Under the pieces are notes generated by a model that searched no databases, was not told where the DNA came from, and saw nothing but the letters and a program-made list of their open reading frames with translations. From a virus (Duplodnaviria; Caudoviricetes), in IMG/VR virus record IMGVR_UViG_3300033121_001619, positions 1-64,000 of that record: DNA of 64,000 nucleotides; one strand, given 5' to 3'. This document shows, one piece after another, positions 1 to 10,194 of the stretch (position 1 is the stretch's first letter; each line of letters begins with the position of its first letter). A program made the translations under genes and the position numbers.

Positions 1-65
1 ATCGGCCCTCGCAGCTGGTAGGAATCATCGACACCCGGGCGTCAGACCTCGTCGCGTGACGAGTC

Positions 66-479
66 GTGGCGTCGTGGCCACGAGAGGAAGGACGTGACGT
101 GAGACGCGCACGACTACGCATCGAGAGGATGCTCTCCGGAAGTCGAATCACCCGTGCCAGGAAGATCGGGCGTGAGGCGGTGAAAGGACCGCTTCGCATC
201 CGCAAGCAACGTGTCACCGCGGGAGAGTCCATCCACGTCTCTGCGAACCGGTTGCCATCGGCCGACTGCCCATGGGCCATCCCAGGCGGCGTCACGATCA
301 CTCGTGACTGGGGGCGTCGTGAATGGGTGATGAGCTACGACTGCCTGGTGATCGGTGTCTTCACGCGTCGTGCCACCGCTGTGCTCGACGCCAGGCGCAT
401 CGTCGAGGCGATGCTGGGCGGCGACGTCGATGCACCTTTCACCGCGAGAGAGACATTCAAGAGACGGGATGTGACGTGA
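66..479 (+). CDS. hypothetical phage protein
   Basis: ORF co-oriented with neighbours; no recognisable motif. Confidence 0.5.
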   Translation: MASWPREEGRDVRRARLRIERMLSGSRITRARKIGREAVKGPLRIRKQRVTAGESIHVSANRLPSADCPWAIPGGVTITRDWGRREWVMSYDCLVIGVFTRRATAVLDARRIVEAMLGGDVDAPFTARETFKRRDVT

Positions 480-527
480 CATGACGATCAAAGAGTACGA
501 GCGACTTGTGTTCGTGAGGATCGGCGG

Positions 528-920
528 ATGAAGAGCCATCGTGACATCGGGATCGTCGTCCACCTGAATCGTCTCGCGCCTCACGACGAGTTCGTCGCCC
601 ACGGAGACGACGTGGGCGAAGTAGTCGGAATCGAGCCAGGAGGTATGACGGTGGACGTCCGATGGAGGAAGTCCGAGAGGGTTCGCACGTACGATTCCCG
701 ACACGTCTCACGTCATCGAGACGTTCTATACGACGTCACGCACGGGGACAAGGGACTGGTCGTCGACGACTACAGCGACGTGTTGCGCCTCGAGGTGTTC
801 GACGAGGGCCACTGCGGTGCCTTCGAGTTCTCGAACGATCGCGCGGGAGTCGTCCTCGTCGAGGGGTTGATCTCGTCGCTGCAAGATTGGCTCTCTCGAC
901 GAACTGGTGGTGGCGTTTGA
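528..920 (+). CDS. hypothetical phage protein
   Basis: 130-aa ORF; its ATG overlaps the TGA of a 16-codon ORF starting at 481. Confidence 0.55.
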   Translation: MKSHRDIGIVVHLNRLAPHDEFVAHGDDVGEVVGIEPGGMTVDVRWRKSERVRTYDSRHVSRHRDVLYDVTHGDKGLVVDDYSDVLRLEVFDEGHCGAFEFSNDRAGVVLVEGLISSLQDWLSRRTGGGV

Positions 921-1114
921 TCCCGGTTCCGCCCAACGGGGTCTTCATGCGAGCGCTTAAGCATGGCAAGGGTTGGCCTTTGCACGATGGCAGCGCTAGC
1001 GCTGTAACATACCTGCGCCGTCCGTCCCAGTCAAGTGCACACGTCTTTCGTCGCAGGACGGATATTTCGTGGATGTCAATTTCATCACTGATGTAGCGAT
1101 GCGAGGATACGATC

Positions 1115-1756
1115 ATGAATGAGAAGCTGTTCTGGTTGGACATCGAGACGACCGGGCTCGATCCCGAGAAGTGTGTCATCCTGGAGGTCGCCGCGGCGGT
1201 GACCGACGCTAAGCTCGACGTCATCGACTCGCTGTCGTGCTTGGTCAAATCACGCCTCACTGACGTGTTCGACCCCGGAGACAATTGGATCGACTCGACG
1301 CACGGCACGGGCATCTCCCTGATACAGCAAGTGTTGACTTGGCCGACGGACGGCGTGAAAGGACTGGCGTGGGACTCCTATCGACACGGGACTCCGCTCC
1401 GCGACGTCGAGCGCTCCATGATGGTCATGGCGTCCCGTCACTTCACGATCGGGAACGTCGTCTTGGCCGGCAACTCCATCCATTTCGACCGGTCTTTCGT
1501 CGAAGTGCACATGCCGGGATTCGCACGTCTTCTCCACCATCGTCAGGTCGACGTGTCCTCGTTCCGAGTGCTAGCCGACATCATCGCTCCGGTCCGGACC
1601 AAGCCGACTCGCTCCCGAGGTAAACCGGCACACCGGGCGGCCAAGGACGTCGAGGGCAGCATCGCCGAACTGAAGTCGTACATCCGGACGGGCTTCATCG
1701 TGGGAGACGAGACGACGTCGCGCGAAGCCCCGGGGACTTCGGCGAGGCAGGACTGA
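1115..1756 (+). CDS. orn: oligoribonuclease (DEDDh 3'-5' exonuclease)
   Basis: LFWLDIETTGLDP, LAGNSIHFDRSF, HHRQVDVSS and HRAAKDVEGSIAELKSY match Orn motifs. Confidence 0.9.
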   Translation: MNEKLFWLDIETTGLDPEKCVILEVAAAVTDAKLDVIDSLSCLVKSRLTDVFDPGDNWIDSTHGTGISLIQQVLTWPTDGVKGLAWDSYRHGTPLRDVERSMMVMASRHFTIGNVVLAGNSIHFDRSFVEVHMPGFARLLHHRQVDVSSFRVLADIIAPVRTKPTRSRGKPAHRAAKDVEGSIAELKSYIRTGFIVGDETTSREAPGTSARQD

Positions 1757-1888
1757 GCGATGCCCGTCGTCTTCGTGCTGTTGTTCAGCGTGATGGGGAT
1801 ATCGTCTCTGATCGAAGCCCTGTTGAAGTGGACGCTCGGGAAGCTGTGGGATGCCTTGACGTGAATTCCTGACTCGGGGCGTGGTATC

Positions 1889-3046
1889 ATGGATCTCATG
1901 AGAAGAGAATTCTCTTGGGTCCATCTCGTGACTCCCGTCCTGGACGGGGAGTCGCCCTTGGCTGATCCGGGTTCGTGGAAGTTTCGTAACTTCTTCGATG
2001 AACTCAACACCGTCGTCGACTACGTCGACGCGATAGTCTGCACCGCCGGCGTCGTGTCGAAGCATCGTCAGTACTTCGATCGGTCTAGGCTGCGTGACAT
2101 CCAGTACGAGATTCGACGCCGAACTCGTCGATCTCAGTTCGGCGTCGAGAAGGAGACCGTCCTGCAGGTCCTTCCCAATCAGCAGGACGTCGACAATCGC
2201 GTGTGCAACGAGTGGCCGTTCGTCATCGATCCTCGAGACGGTCGCGCTCTAACGAGAAAGCTGGGCCACGAGGACTCTCCTTTCGATCTCGTGTGCTTCC
2301 CTGACGATCGAGTCGATCAGAGACTGATCGACATGTCCGAAGGAACACCGCACGTGGGTGACCGATCGCTCATCCTCGCGTCTCGCAGTGGAGACTTCCC
2401 GTCGCGGAGGCTCTACACACTTCGCGATCCTGTCGCCGTCTGCCACATCGGCGACGACACCCGACGTCCATACTATGACGTGCGTGACTTGCCTGTCGGC
2501 ACGACCTTTCACCTCGATGAGAGAAACGCCCACGAACACGTCTGGTGGCGGGGCACGGTGCGCAACCGAACACTCGGAAGCATCCTGATGTCGGCGCTGT
2601 GTCATCGCGACGAAGAGGGAAATCTCTACGCGTGGCCTCTCGCGAACATGGATCGTTTCAGGCTCGGTGGGTACCAGATGAGGAAGTACTTCCTCGAAGT
2701 CGCCCGAGTGGGTCGACCGGTCGAGTCTTTCGCGGTTAACGAGAAAGACGTCGACACCAAGCGCCTAGACGCCCTCGTCAAAGAGTATCTCTCGACGGAT
2801 GAGGCCCTGAGATGGCTCGTCGAGCTTTACCCAGAGATCGCTCTCCACCAGCGATACTACGAGACCGGTCGCGCGGAGACGATCGAAATAGTTCGTAAGA
2901 TCATACCGGACGACGAGCTTCTTCGTCAGCTCTCCAGACCGACCTGGAAGGTGTTCAAACAGAACCTAGACGTCCTCCTCGACGTGAAGAGAGGTCGAGG
3001 ACGACGTAAATTAGCAAACCCACCAAGACATCGACAGGATTCATGA
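1889..3046 (+). CDS. hypothetical protein, 385 aa (start may be ATG 1898)
   Basis: long ORF preceded by GTGAAT-N18-TATCAT. Confidence 0.75.
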   Translation: MDLMRREFSWVHLVTPVLDGESPLADPGSWKFRNFFDELNTVVDYVDAIVCTAGVVSKHRQYFDRSRLRDIQYEIRRRTRRSQFGVEKETVLQVLPNQQDVDNRVCNEWPFVIDPRDGRALTRKLGHEDSPFDLVCFPDDRVDQRLIDMSEGTPHVGDRSLILASRSGDFPSRRLYTLRDPVAVCHIGDDTRRPYYDVRDLPVGTTFHLDERNAHEHVWWRGTVRNRTLGSILMSALCHRDEEGNLYAWPLANMDRFRLGGYQMRKYFLEVARVGRPVESFAVNEKDVDTKRLDALVKEYLSTDEALRWLVELYPEIALHQRYYETGRAETIEIVRKIIPDDELLRQLSRPTWKVFKQNLDVLLDVKRGRGRRKLANPPRHRQDS

Positions 3047-3519
3047 GAGGAAGACAGATGACGATGACCATGAGAGACAGTGACATCATTGAATACATCG
3101 AGGGCGTCGAGGACGAGATCCGACGCCTAAGGGCAAAGATCACGGCGGTCGTCGAGGGGTTGGGTGACGACCAGCGCCGGCGCGTCGAGGCGTGGATGAG
3201 TGCACGAGATGCCAATCCACCCGTCGTGTCACCTGAAAAGCCTGGTGTCGTTGGCGATCCCTCGAAGGACTTGAACGACGTCCTCGAGAAGTGGGCGAAG
3301 GGACGAATTAAGCAGGTCCCTCGTGGTGACAGACAACAGTTTCCACGAAAACCGGGGTACCCATATCCACCCTGGGAAGAGTACCGCGATTCACCCTGGG
3401 AAGAGTACCGCGACGAATGTCTGAGTCGTCAACGACACGATGACGGACTCGCGGTGCCGGACATCGACGATGGTTCCATCTTGAAGACGCCGTGCATGCA
3501 AGGATGCAAACGTTCATGA
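3043..3519 (+). CDS. hypothetical protein with duplicated PWEEYRD
   Basis: ATGA-coupled to flanking genes. Confidence 0.65.
   Translation: MRGRQMTMTMRDSDIIEYIEGVEDEIRRLRAKITAVVEGLGDDQRRRVEAWMSARDANPPVVSPEKPGVVGDPSKDLNDVLEKWAKGRIKQVPRGDRQQFPRKPGYPYPPWEEYRDSPWEEYRDECLSRQRHDDGLAVPDIDDGSILKTPCMQGCKRS
3368..3413 (+). repeat. in-frame tandem duplication CACCCTGGGAAGAGTACCGCGA x2 (24-nt period)
   Basis: read directly at 3368-3389 and 3392-3413. Confidence 0.9.
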
Positions 3520-4223
3520 TCACTCGAACCATCACGGTGACGGGAGTCGACGATCGAGTCGACATCGATTGGATGATGTCCCTCTCGCAGAAGTACACAT
3601 GGCTTGAGTGGGGAATCCTGCGGAGTCCCAATCGACGTGGAGTCGCTCGATATCCGAGCGACGATTGGTTCCTACGACTGATCGCAGCTGCGGAGGCGAC
3701 GTCGCCGCGTCTTTCTCTGCATCTGTGCGGTGCACTCTCACGTGATCCTCCGTTCGCCGAGATGCCGAGGGTCTTCCAGCGAGTTCAGCTCAATGGATGG
3801 TCGATGAAGACGTACGACGAACCTGTCCCGTTCATCGGAGAGGGGGTGACGACCATCGTTCCCGTGCGGAACGTCTCCGCAGCACGCATAGTGACCGGTC
3901 GGTCTCCTAGGACGCACGTCTTGATCGATTCTTCCGGAGGACGTGGGAACCGTGCGCTTCTGTTCGACAATATCGATCGTTGTCCTTTGGCACACGTTGA
4001 GAGTCTAGACCTCAGTGAGTACGACCCGTCACCGGGTACGACCATCGGCTTTGCTGGGGGACTTCATCCGTCCGAGACGCGTCGAATGATGAGGATCCTC
4101 AGTCTTCGTCTGAAGAATCACTCGTTCTGGCTCGACATGGAGTCGAAAGCGAGGGACGCAAACGACGTGTTCGACGTCGGGTCCATCGAGGACATGTGCG
4201 AGGAGATCGGAGGCATGATATGA
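3516..4223 (+). CDS. phage phosphoribosylanthranilate-isomerase-like TIM-barrel protein
   Basis: ITVTGVDD, EWGIL, SLHLCG, RVQLN, LIDSSGGRG, GFAGGL and WLDMES motifs. Confidence 0.75.
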   Translation: MITRTITVTGVDDRVDIDWMMSLSQKYTWLEWGILRSPNRRGVARYPSDDWFLRLIAAAEATSPRLSLHLCGALSRDPPFAEMPRVFQRVQLNGWSMKTYDEPVPFIGEGVTTIVPVRNVSAARIVTGRSPRTHVLIDSSGGRGNRALLFDNIDRCPLAHVESLDLSEYDPSPGTTIGFAGGLHPSETRRMMRILSLRLKNHSFWLDMESKARDANDVFDVGSIEDMCEEIGGMI

Positions 4224-4380
4224 CGGAATTCACGTCGATCGTCGCGGGAGCTTGTGCGTGCTTCCTGGCGTCATTCACGTTCATAGACGTGAGCGATCGT
4301 TATCATCCTAGCGCGAAAGTTCAGGTTCTCTTCTTGGCATTCCTCTTCTTTCTCGGTGTGCTCGCCGCGCGAGGGATGTC

Positions 4381-4572
4381 ATGAAGATGAGAATCACGCT
4401 GAAGGACCCGGATGGATTCTACGAGGCGATACGTTCCGAGTCCTCACGACTCGGAATTCCCGAGGGAGTAGCGTGGGAATCCATCAAACCCTGGGTCGAA
4501 TTCTCCGAGTACGTCACCCTCGAGTTCGACTTGGAGGAAGGGAGCGCACGTGTCGTTCGTAACGAACGTTGA
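4381..4572 (+). CDS. small hypothetical protein
   Basis: ATGA-coupled; RITLKDPDG...EYVTLEFD. Confidence 0.6.
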   Translation: MKMRITLKDPDGFYEAIRSESSRLGIPEGVAWESIKPWVEFSEYVTLEFDLEEGSARVVRNER

Positions 4573-4936
4573 CAAGCCCCGACACTACACGAGTCATCCC
4601 ACCGGAGTCGAGTGCATCGACGTCGTGGAGCGAATGTCGTTCAATCTCGGAAACGTCGTGAAATACCTCTGGCGCGCAGGTCTGAAAGGGAGTCGTCCGG
4701 ACGACCTCAGTAAGGCGGCTTGGTACCTCAAGAGAGGAAAACTTCGCCATGACTGTCGCGATCTGTCTCTCGTGGAGGTCGTCGTCTCTCACCCGATGAC
4801 GCACGACGTACTTCGCGTCGTTCTCTCGGCGGTCATGATGACGTCGGCGAATTACGAGGAATCCATCGAGGATTGCATCGATGTCGAAGTGCTAGCGGAA
4901 GAGCTGAGGAGGCAGAGTGAAGACGAGAAAGTCTGA
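4550..4936 (+). CDS. DUF3310 (SaV-like) protein
   Basis: VDKPRHY...ECIDV...FNLGNVVKYLWRAGLK...DDLSKAAWYL. Confidence 0.85.
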   Translation: MSFVTNVDKPRHYTSHPTGVECIDVVERMSFNLGNVVKYLWRAGLKGSRPDDLSKAAWYLKRGKLRHDCRDLSLVEVVVSHPMTHDVLRVVLSAVMMTSANYEESIEDCIDVEVLAEELRRQSEDEKV

Positions 4937-4949
4937 TCCCGACGTTCAA

Positions 4950-5084
4950 GTGAATGAGTCGGACGAGAAGAAGGCTGAGAGTGACGACCATCTCTATGAT
5001 GCTGATCCGGATTGCAAGCACGACATCGAGATGATGTGGAGCGGCATCAGATGTAAGAAGTGTCGTGGATGGAATTGCTTCTAA
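4950..5084 (+). CDS. 44-aa putative Zn-ribbon miniprotein (not in ORF track)
   Basis: GTG...DADPDCKHDIEMMWSGIRCKKCRGWNCF-TAA; CxH and CxxC. Confidence 0.55.
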   Translation: MNESDEKKAESDDHLYDADPDCKHDIEMMWSGIRCKKCRGWNCF

Positions 5085-5099
5085 CGCTGAGGAGACGAC

Positions 5100-5615
5100 A
5101 TGAAGACTAAACACATCGAAGATCCGGGACGGCCGGGTTCCACTCTGTGCGAAAAAGAGTTTACGCGACTGGACGAGGATGACCATCTGGTTGTGCTTGG
5201 TGTTCATTTCTCTTGCGATGCATGCAAGAAGGCGGTGCAGTCCTACCTCGATAAGTTCATGACTCCCGAGTGGGCCACTATCATCGACATGGCCGCGAAG
5301 CATGGTTTCACTCTGACGCTCGAGATGAACCCTGTTGGGGGCGTCTTTTGTACGGTGAATGGTCCGTCGATCCAACACATCCGCCTGGGCGCCGGCACGG
5401 CGGTCGCTGCGGCTCTCGTTGCCACGAAAGAAATTGTCAAGATGTGTCGCGACACGGTTCGAACGACCGTCTGGTCCGTCGATGGTGAGACGGTCTCTAG
5501 GACGTGCGAGGCATACCAGAAATCCAAGAAAGCCATGTCGGATTTGAATCGCGCGATCTCGTTCTACGAAGAGATGCAAGACCTCGGCGAGGTCTTGCGG
5601 ATGAAGAGGTCATGA
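5100..5615 (+). CDS. hypothetical protein
   Basis: GAGGAG SD upstream; 171 aa. Confidence 0.7.
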   Translation: MKTKHIEDPGRPGSTLCEKEFTRLDEDDHLVVLGVHFSCDACKKAVQSYLDKFMTPEWATIIDMAAKHGFTLTLEMNPVGGVFCTVNGPSIQHIRLGAGTAVAAALVATKEIVKMCRDTVRTTVWSVDGETVSRTCEAYQKSKKAMSDLNRAISFYEEMQDLGEVLRMKRS

Positions 5616-5955
5616 ACGATATCAATAGCAAAGCGGTGACAGTGGCGATATTCATAGTGATCACCATAGTCACTCTTCTTGAGACGTGTATCGGCACGCG
5701 ACAGGGGGTTTGTCGTGATGCGGTGGTATCGCTGTCTCCTGAATACCCGGTGACGAAGTGCCCACATAATGCGCACGCTCTGACACCTATACCTGGGACT
5801 ACCAACACGTGGATATGTCGTTGTCCCTCGCAGTGATTGTGGCGAAGGCGTCTTCAGGATCGACGTCTCAGGACTTCGAGGAGCTGACGATCGAGGGTGA
5901 GAGTGTCGCAGTCTGTATCACCAAGCACGCATGAATTTCGAGAGAAACGATTGAC

Positions 5956-6738
5956 ATGAACGAAAACGAGCTGACAATGAAAAGAACGACCATCACACAA
6001 GACGATTTCGACGACGTCGCCATACAGAGGACCGGCCTAGCAGGTTGCACTTATGATCGAGACGATGCGATTCGCGTGGCGTCCGTCGTCGAGCGTCGAC
6101 TTGGGATACGAATGTCGATGGCAGAAGCCATGGATTTTTGGCATTGGCGTTCTGTCGTGTGGGATTCGTCCGGGCTGTCTCATCGTACAGACGATGAGAT
6201 CGTCGATTTCTTCGAACAATACGTGAGATCATCACTGAGTGATGGGGATGAAGAACGTGAAGACGAGCTCGACGCCATCGAAGCGGTGATGATGGATGAA
6301 GCTTGCAAGAAGTGGTTGGTCACGATGACGAAGGAAACCTATGCTGACTTGCAGGCAAAATCGTCACCCGCTTTCGACTCGCAGTCGCTCATACGGCAAG
6401 ATCATCCCGGTATCTTGTCGTTCAGGCCTTACGTCGAGGAGACTCACGATGGAGAACATGATGCTCTCGATCTTCCTCGGATGAAGAGGCACGTCGCATG
6501 GATCGCACGCCTGATCGATCAGATGATCGGTCGTGCCGTGTGGGAGGACGAGCACATCACATTTCGAGACGAAAATTCCGACGACGTCCCGACGGATGAG
6601 GACATGCAGATGATCATGGCAGACGTAGGCCTAGTCGGTCTGCTCGCCGGCAAGTTGAGCGAGCCTCTAGTGAGACACATCGAACGAATTCGATCCGATT
6701 ATGAAAAGCACGCCAGACGTTGGAAGGAGGACGTGTGA
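5956..6738 (+). CDS. hypothetical acidic protein
   Basis: 260-aa ORF, stop overlaps next start. Confidence 0.7.
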   Translation: MNENELTMKRTTITQDDFDDVAIQRTGLAGCTYDRDDAIRVASVVERRLGIRMSMAEAMDFWHWRSVVWDSSGLSHRTDDEIVDFFEQYVRSSLSDGDEEREDELDAIEAVMMDEACKKWLVTMTKETYADLQAKSSPAFDSQSLIRQDHPGILSFRPYVEETHDGEHDALDLPRMKRHVAWIARLIDQMIGRAVWEDEHITFRDENSDDVPTDEDMQMIMADVGLVGLLAGKLSEPLVRHIERIRSDYEKHARRWKEDV

Positions 6739-7526
6739 TTCCACCACGCCTTTCGATAGTCCTCTCTCTCTTCTCGATGACGGCGTGTTCACGAGATCGT
6801 CGCCCAGAAGAGGTACCGCCATTGACGACGGACATCGTCGTCGTCTCTTCCTCTCCCACGTCGACACCCCCACCACGGGATCGTTGCCCTGCCAACATGG
6901 TCCTGGTCGAGGGCAGCTACTGCCCCAACCCGAAGCAAGAGTGTCTCGACTGGATGGAGGACCCGGCCAAGTTCCCCTATGCGCGTTGCCGCAAGTTCAA
7001 GGAGACCGAGTGCAACGGCACCCGCCAGCGCCTCTCGTTCTGTATCGACCGCGAGGAGTACAGCAAGCAGGGTGAAGAGCTGCCCACCGGCGACCTCTCG
7101 TGGACCGAGGCGAAGGCCGGCTGCGAGTCGATGGGCAAGCGCCTTTGCGCCGAGCACGAGTGGGTCTTCGCCTGCGAGGGCGAGGAGTCGAGGCCCTACC
7201 CCTACGGCTACGAGCGTGACCCGAGCGTCTGCAACTTCGAGCAGAAAGACCTGGTCGAGAAGGGCAAGATGCGCGACCTCAGGCTGCCTGCCTCGGCCAA
7301 CCAGCAGTGCATGTCGCCCTTCGGCGTGCACAACATGGTCGGCAACATCGACGAGTGGGTCGTTCTCGACAAGCCGCACTTCTCCGAGAAGAACAACGGC
7401 CGCAAGATGATGAGCGGCCTGAAGGGTGGCTGGTGGGGCCCGCTGCGCAACCGCTGCCGCCCGACCACCGTCGATCACGACGAGTTCTTCCGCGAGATTC
7501 AGACGGGATTTCGGTGTTGCAAGTGA
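6735..7526 (+). CDS. FGE-sulfatase (SUMF1/EgtB/PvdO family) Cys-rich lipoprotein
   Basis: signal peptide with lipobox MTAC; CPANMVLV, FCIDREEY, KRLCAEHEWVFAC, SPFGVHNMVGNIDEWV, GFRCC. Confidence 0.88.
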   Translation: MIPPRLSIVLSLFSMTACSRDRRPEEVPPLTTDIVVVSSSPTSTPPPRDRCPANMVLVEGSYCPNPKQECLDWMEDPAKFPYARCRKFKETECNGTRQRLSFCIDREEYSKQGEELPTGDLSWTEAKAGCESMGKRLCAEHEWVFACEGEESRPYPYGYERDPSVCNFEQKDLVEKGKMRDLRLPASANQQCMSPFGVHNMVGNIDEWVVLDKPHFSEKNNGRKMMSGLKGGWWGPLRNRCRPTTVDHDEFFREIQTGFRCCK

Positions 7527-7701
7527 AGTGGGAATACTATCGATTGCCGGCCGACGTCGTCGATCGTCTCGAGCGTCTCGAGAGGCTACGATCGCGTGTT
7601 CGAGAGTTCGTCGACGCTAGCGACACGGACCCGGGCTGGCCGATGCGTCGTTACCTGTCCATGGTCGAGGCGTTGTCCAACGTCGAGACTACTTACGATG
7701 A

Positions 7702-8388
7702 GTGACGACCAACGAATCTCTACTGCGCGAGTTCATTCGCGAGAGTGCCGTGAGCATCTCGACGGCGAAAGACCAGCATCTCGCCCTAGCCATCCTGGGA
7801 AGCGACGTCATGAAGACGGGAGAGAGGATGTACGTCCTGTACGATGCCGGCCTGATGGACGACCTGAGACAGGGCACCGTCCTACGCGATGCTCCTCGAT
7901 TCTTGCATCACGTCGTCGGGATGATAAGGGTGAGGGATTTTCCTGATCAGACAGCGCCTTCGTGGGGAGCCACCGAGGTCATCAATTCAGCTGCACGACT
8001 TGGGTATGGGCCTCTTCTCTACGACATAGTCATGTCCAGAGAGGGCAGGATCATGTCCGACCGTGGGTTCGTCTCGTCGAGCGCTCTCCGCGTGTGGAAG
8101 TACTACAGAGACCGAAGGCCTGACGTCAAGAAGCTTCCTCTCGATGACGTGAAGGATCCCAAGACTCCCACGCCAGAGGACGATGCCTACATGAATGATG
8201 ATGACGAGTCCCTCAACAATGCCTACGAGCTGACATCGAAAGTGGACGTCTCATCCCTCATCAGGAAGCATGGCACGAACAGGAAGGGCGCGTCGAAGTC
8301 CAATCCATCCCTACAATTCGATACCTTCATCAAGAAGGTTGCCGAACACTTCTTTGCTGAGAAGTATCAGCCAGGAGACCGGCAGTGA
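7702..8388 (+). CDS. GNAT-like protein with N-terminal LLREFIRE motif
   Basis: LGYGPLLYD...SDRGFVSSSALRVWKYY resembles GNAT acetyl-CoA-binding motifs. Confidence 0.55.
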   Translation: MTTNESLLREFIRESAVSISTAKDQHLALAILGSDVMKTGERMYVLYDAGLMDDLRQGTVLRDAPRFLHHVVGMIRVRDFPDQTAPSWGATEVINSAARLGYGPLLYDIVMSREGRIMSDRGFVSSSALRVWKYYRDRRPDVKKLPLDDVKDPKTPTPEDDAYMNDDDESLNNAYELTSKVDVSSLIRKHGTNRKGASKSNPSLQFDTFIKKVAEHFFAEKYQPGDRQ

Positions 8389-8496
8389 ATTCCAATTCGA
8401 GAGCTGCGTGAACTCGTCAAATTACGTACGTGCTCTCGAGGACGCTTCAACAGCATCCTTCCTCCTCATGATCTCAAGAACGAGCTGACACGAAAA

Positions 8497-8844
8497 ATGT
8501 ACACATATCCAGCGAAGCTAGTGAGAGTCGTGGACGGAGACACCGTCGTCATGACAGTGGACCTCGGTTTCAGCGTCTCCGTCGAGGTTGAGTTCAGGTT
8601 GTTCGGAATCAATGCTCCCGAGACGAAGGGTGCCACAAAAGCGGCAGGATTGGCAGCGAAGGATCACTTGATAGATCTCATGTCGCGAGGGCGATGCGTC
8701 ATCACGTCAGTCAAACCTCCCAGACAGGACAAGTACGGTCGCTGGCTGGCACACGTCGCTATCGAACTTCCCGAAGGAACGTCGTTCCTCGTCTCGGATC
8801 GAATGGTGAGTGATGGTCACGCCGTGACGTACGTCGTCTTGTGA
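8497..8844 (+). CDS. thermonuclease (SNase) family protein
   Basis: RVVDGDTV, RLFGINAPE, DKYGRWLA. Confidence 0.9.
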   Translation: MYTYPAKLVRVVDGDTVVMTVDLGFSVSVEVEFRLFGINAPETKGATKAAGLAAKDHLIDLMSRGRCVITSVKPPRQDKYGRWLAHVAIELPEGTSFLVSDRMVSDGHAVTYVVL

Positions 8845-8978
8845 CATTTGAGGCATGAAAAGTCGATCGAGCAGACGTTAGTATTCGCTTACACCGTGAG
8901 AGAAGAAAATACGTCGTCTGTACGACAGTCCGCGTCGATGGTCTTTTGGATCTCGTCGGTCGAAGGGAAATTGTCAAC

Positions 8979-9344
8979 ATGGACACCGTGATGCCTGAAG
9001 TCGTCTTTGCTCTGCTATATGGAACAGTGGGTCTGATCACGACGACGGTTTATCTCGCGCGCGTCGTGAATAATTCAGTTCGACGAATCGACAGACACAT
9101 CGTGTCTGGCAGTGAAACTATGTCCGTCGTCGAGTTGCGTCGTCGACGATTGTGGGAGGACTTCACCGACTACGACGTCATGCTTGCGTCTGTCGCGTCA
9201 TTCTTCATCTGGCCGGCGGCTTGGATCCTCGTCGCGTATGAGACCACCGAACCTCTTCGTGACCGCATGCGAGAGAGATTCCTCGACGTGTTCTTTCCGC
9301 GTCCGATGTCGAAGGACGCTAGCGACTACAGGACAGCAGCTTGA
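8979..9344 (+). CDS. hypothetical membrane protein
   Basis: two hydrophobic segments, FIWP motif. Confidence 0.55.
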   Translation: MDTVMPEVVFALLYGTVGLITTTVYLARVVNNSVRRIDRHIVSGSETMSVVELRRRRLWEDFTDYDVMLASVASFFIWPAAWILVAYETTEPLRDRMRERFLDVFFPRPMSKDASDYRTAA

Positions 9345-10194
9345 TTTCATCAAACGAAAGGTTCGCATAGACATGGGTTCGCCGAGAAAAATGCGCGTGT
9401 TCGATAGCACCATCGGGAAATACAGGATCGTCGTCTCTTGCATCGAAGATCTTCCCGATGGGCTCACGTTCATCGACTACGTGATCGATTCTCACGCGAG
9501 AATGATCGACAGGGCAGCTGATGCCGTGGAGTGGCTGGGAGGAGGATGGCTGGATGACGACTGACAGCTTGGAGAAGTACAGCATCGTAGAATTGGAAGC
9601 GATGAAGCGACACATGCTGGAGAGACTTCGAAGGATCGATGAGATCTTGGAGCGACGGACGTCGTTGACGCAGAACGGTGACACGACGTCGCCAGCGGTA
9701 CCATCCTATCAGAGACTCAAGTGGTAAACAGAGGATCATTCGAATGAGGACGAAAGACGGAGAATTTCAGACGTATCACATCGTCTATCGTGAGCCGGGG
9801 AGTCGACCCAACATAGGACACCTGATCGAACGAGACGTCCGGACCGGTCGTCCATTCGATGACGAGGCGACAGCGAGATCCTTCGCCAAGTACATCGAGG
9901 AACAGTGGCAGGTCTCGGTCGAGGTGTACCACGTCACTTACGTGAGGCTGCCATGATCGCGTCAGATTTGACGGACGGACTAGTCCCAGAGAGTCTCGTC
10001 GGCAAATCGTTCGTCGTCACTTCACGACGAGATTCCCCTGAGATCGAATCGGCTCTGGCCGTCGTCGGTTTCGAGTGGACCGATGATCACATCGTGGTCG
10101 TCTACAGGGCTGACTCCGTGTATCAAGCGTTCGCGATCCACGTTCCGTCTTCGACGATCGAGTGTTCCTTGGCCACCCACACGAGGCTAAATTG

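Noticed and set aside
481-531. Programmed frameshift joining the 16-codon ORF to ORF 528
   Set aside because: An ordinary ATGA overlap with no slippery sequence explains it.
3368-3413. Direct repeat as a CRISPR or attachment site
   Set aside because: Only two adjacent copies, in frame within a CDS; a simple duplication.
6789-7478. Long antisense and alternate-frame ORFs here and throughout the window
   Set aside because: Shadow ORFs expected from high GC3; no motifs, and they overlap well-supported genes.
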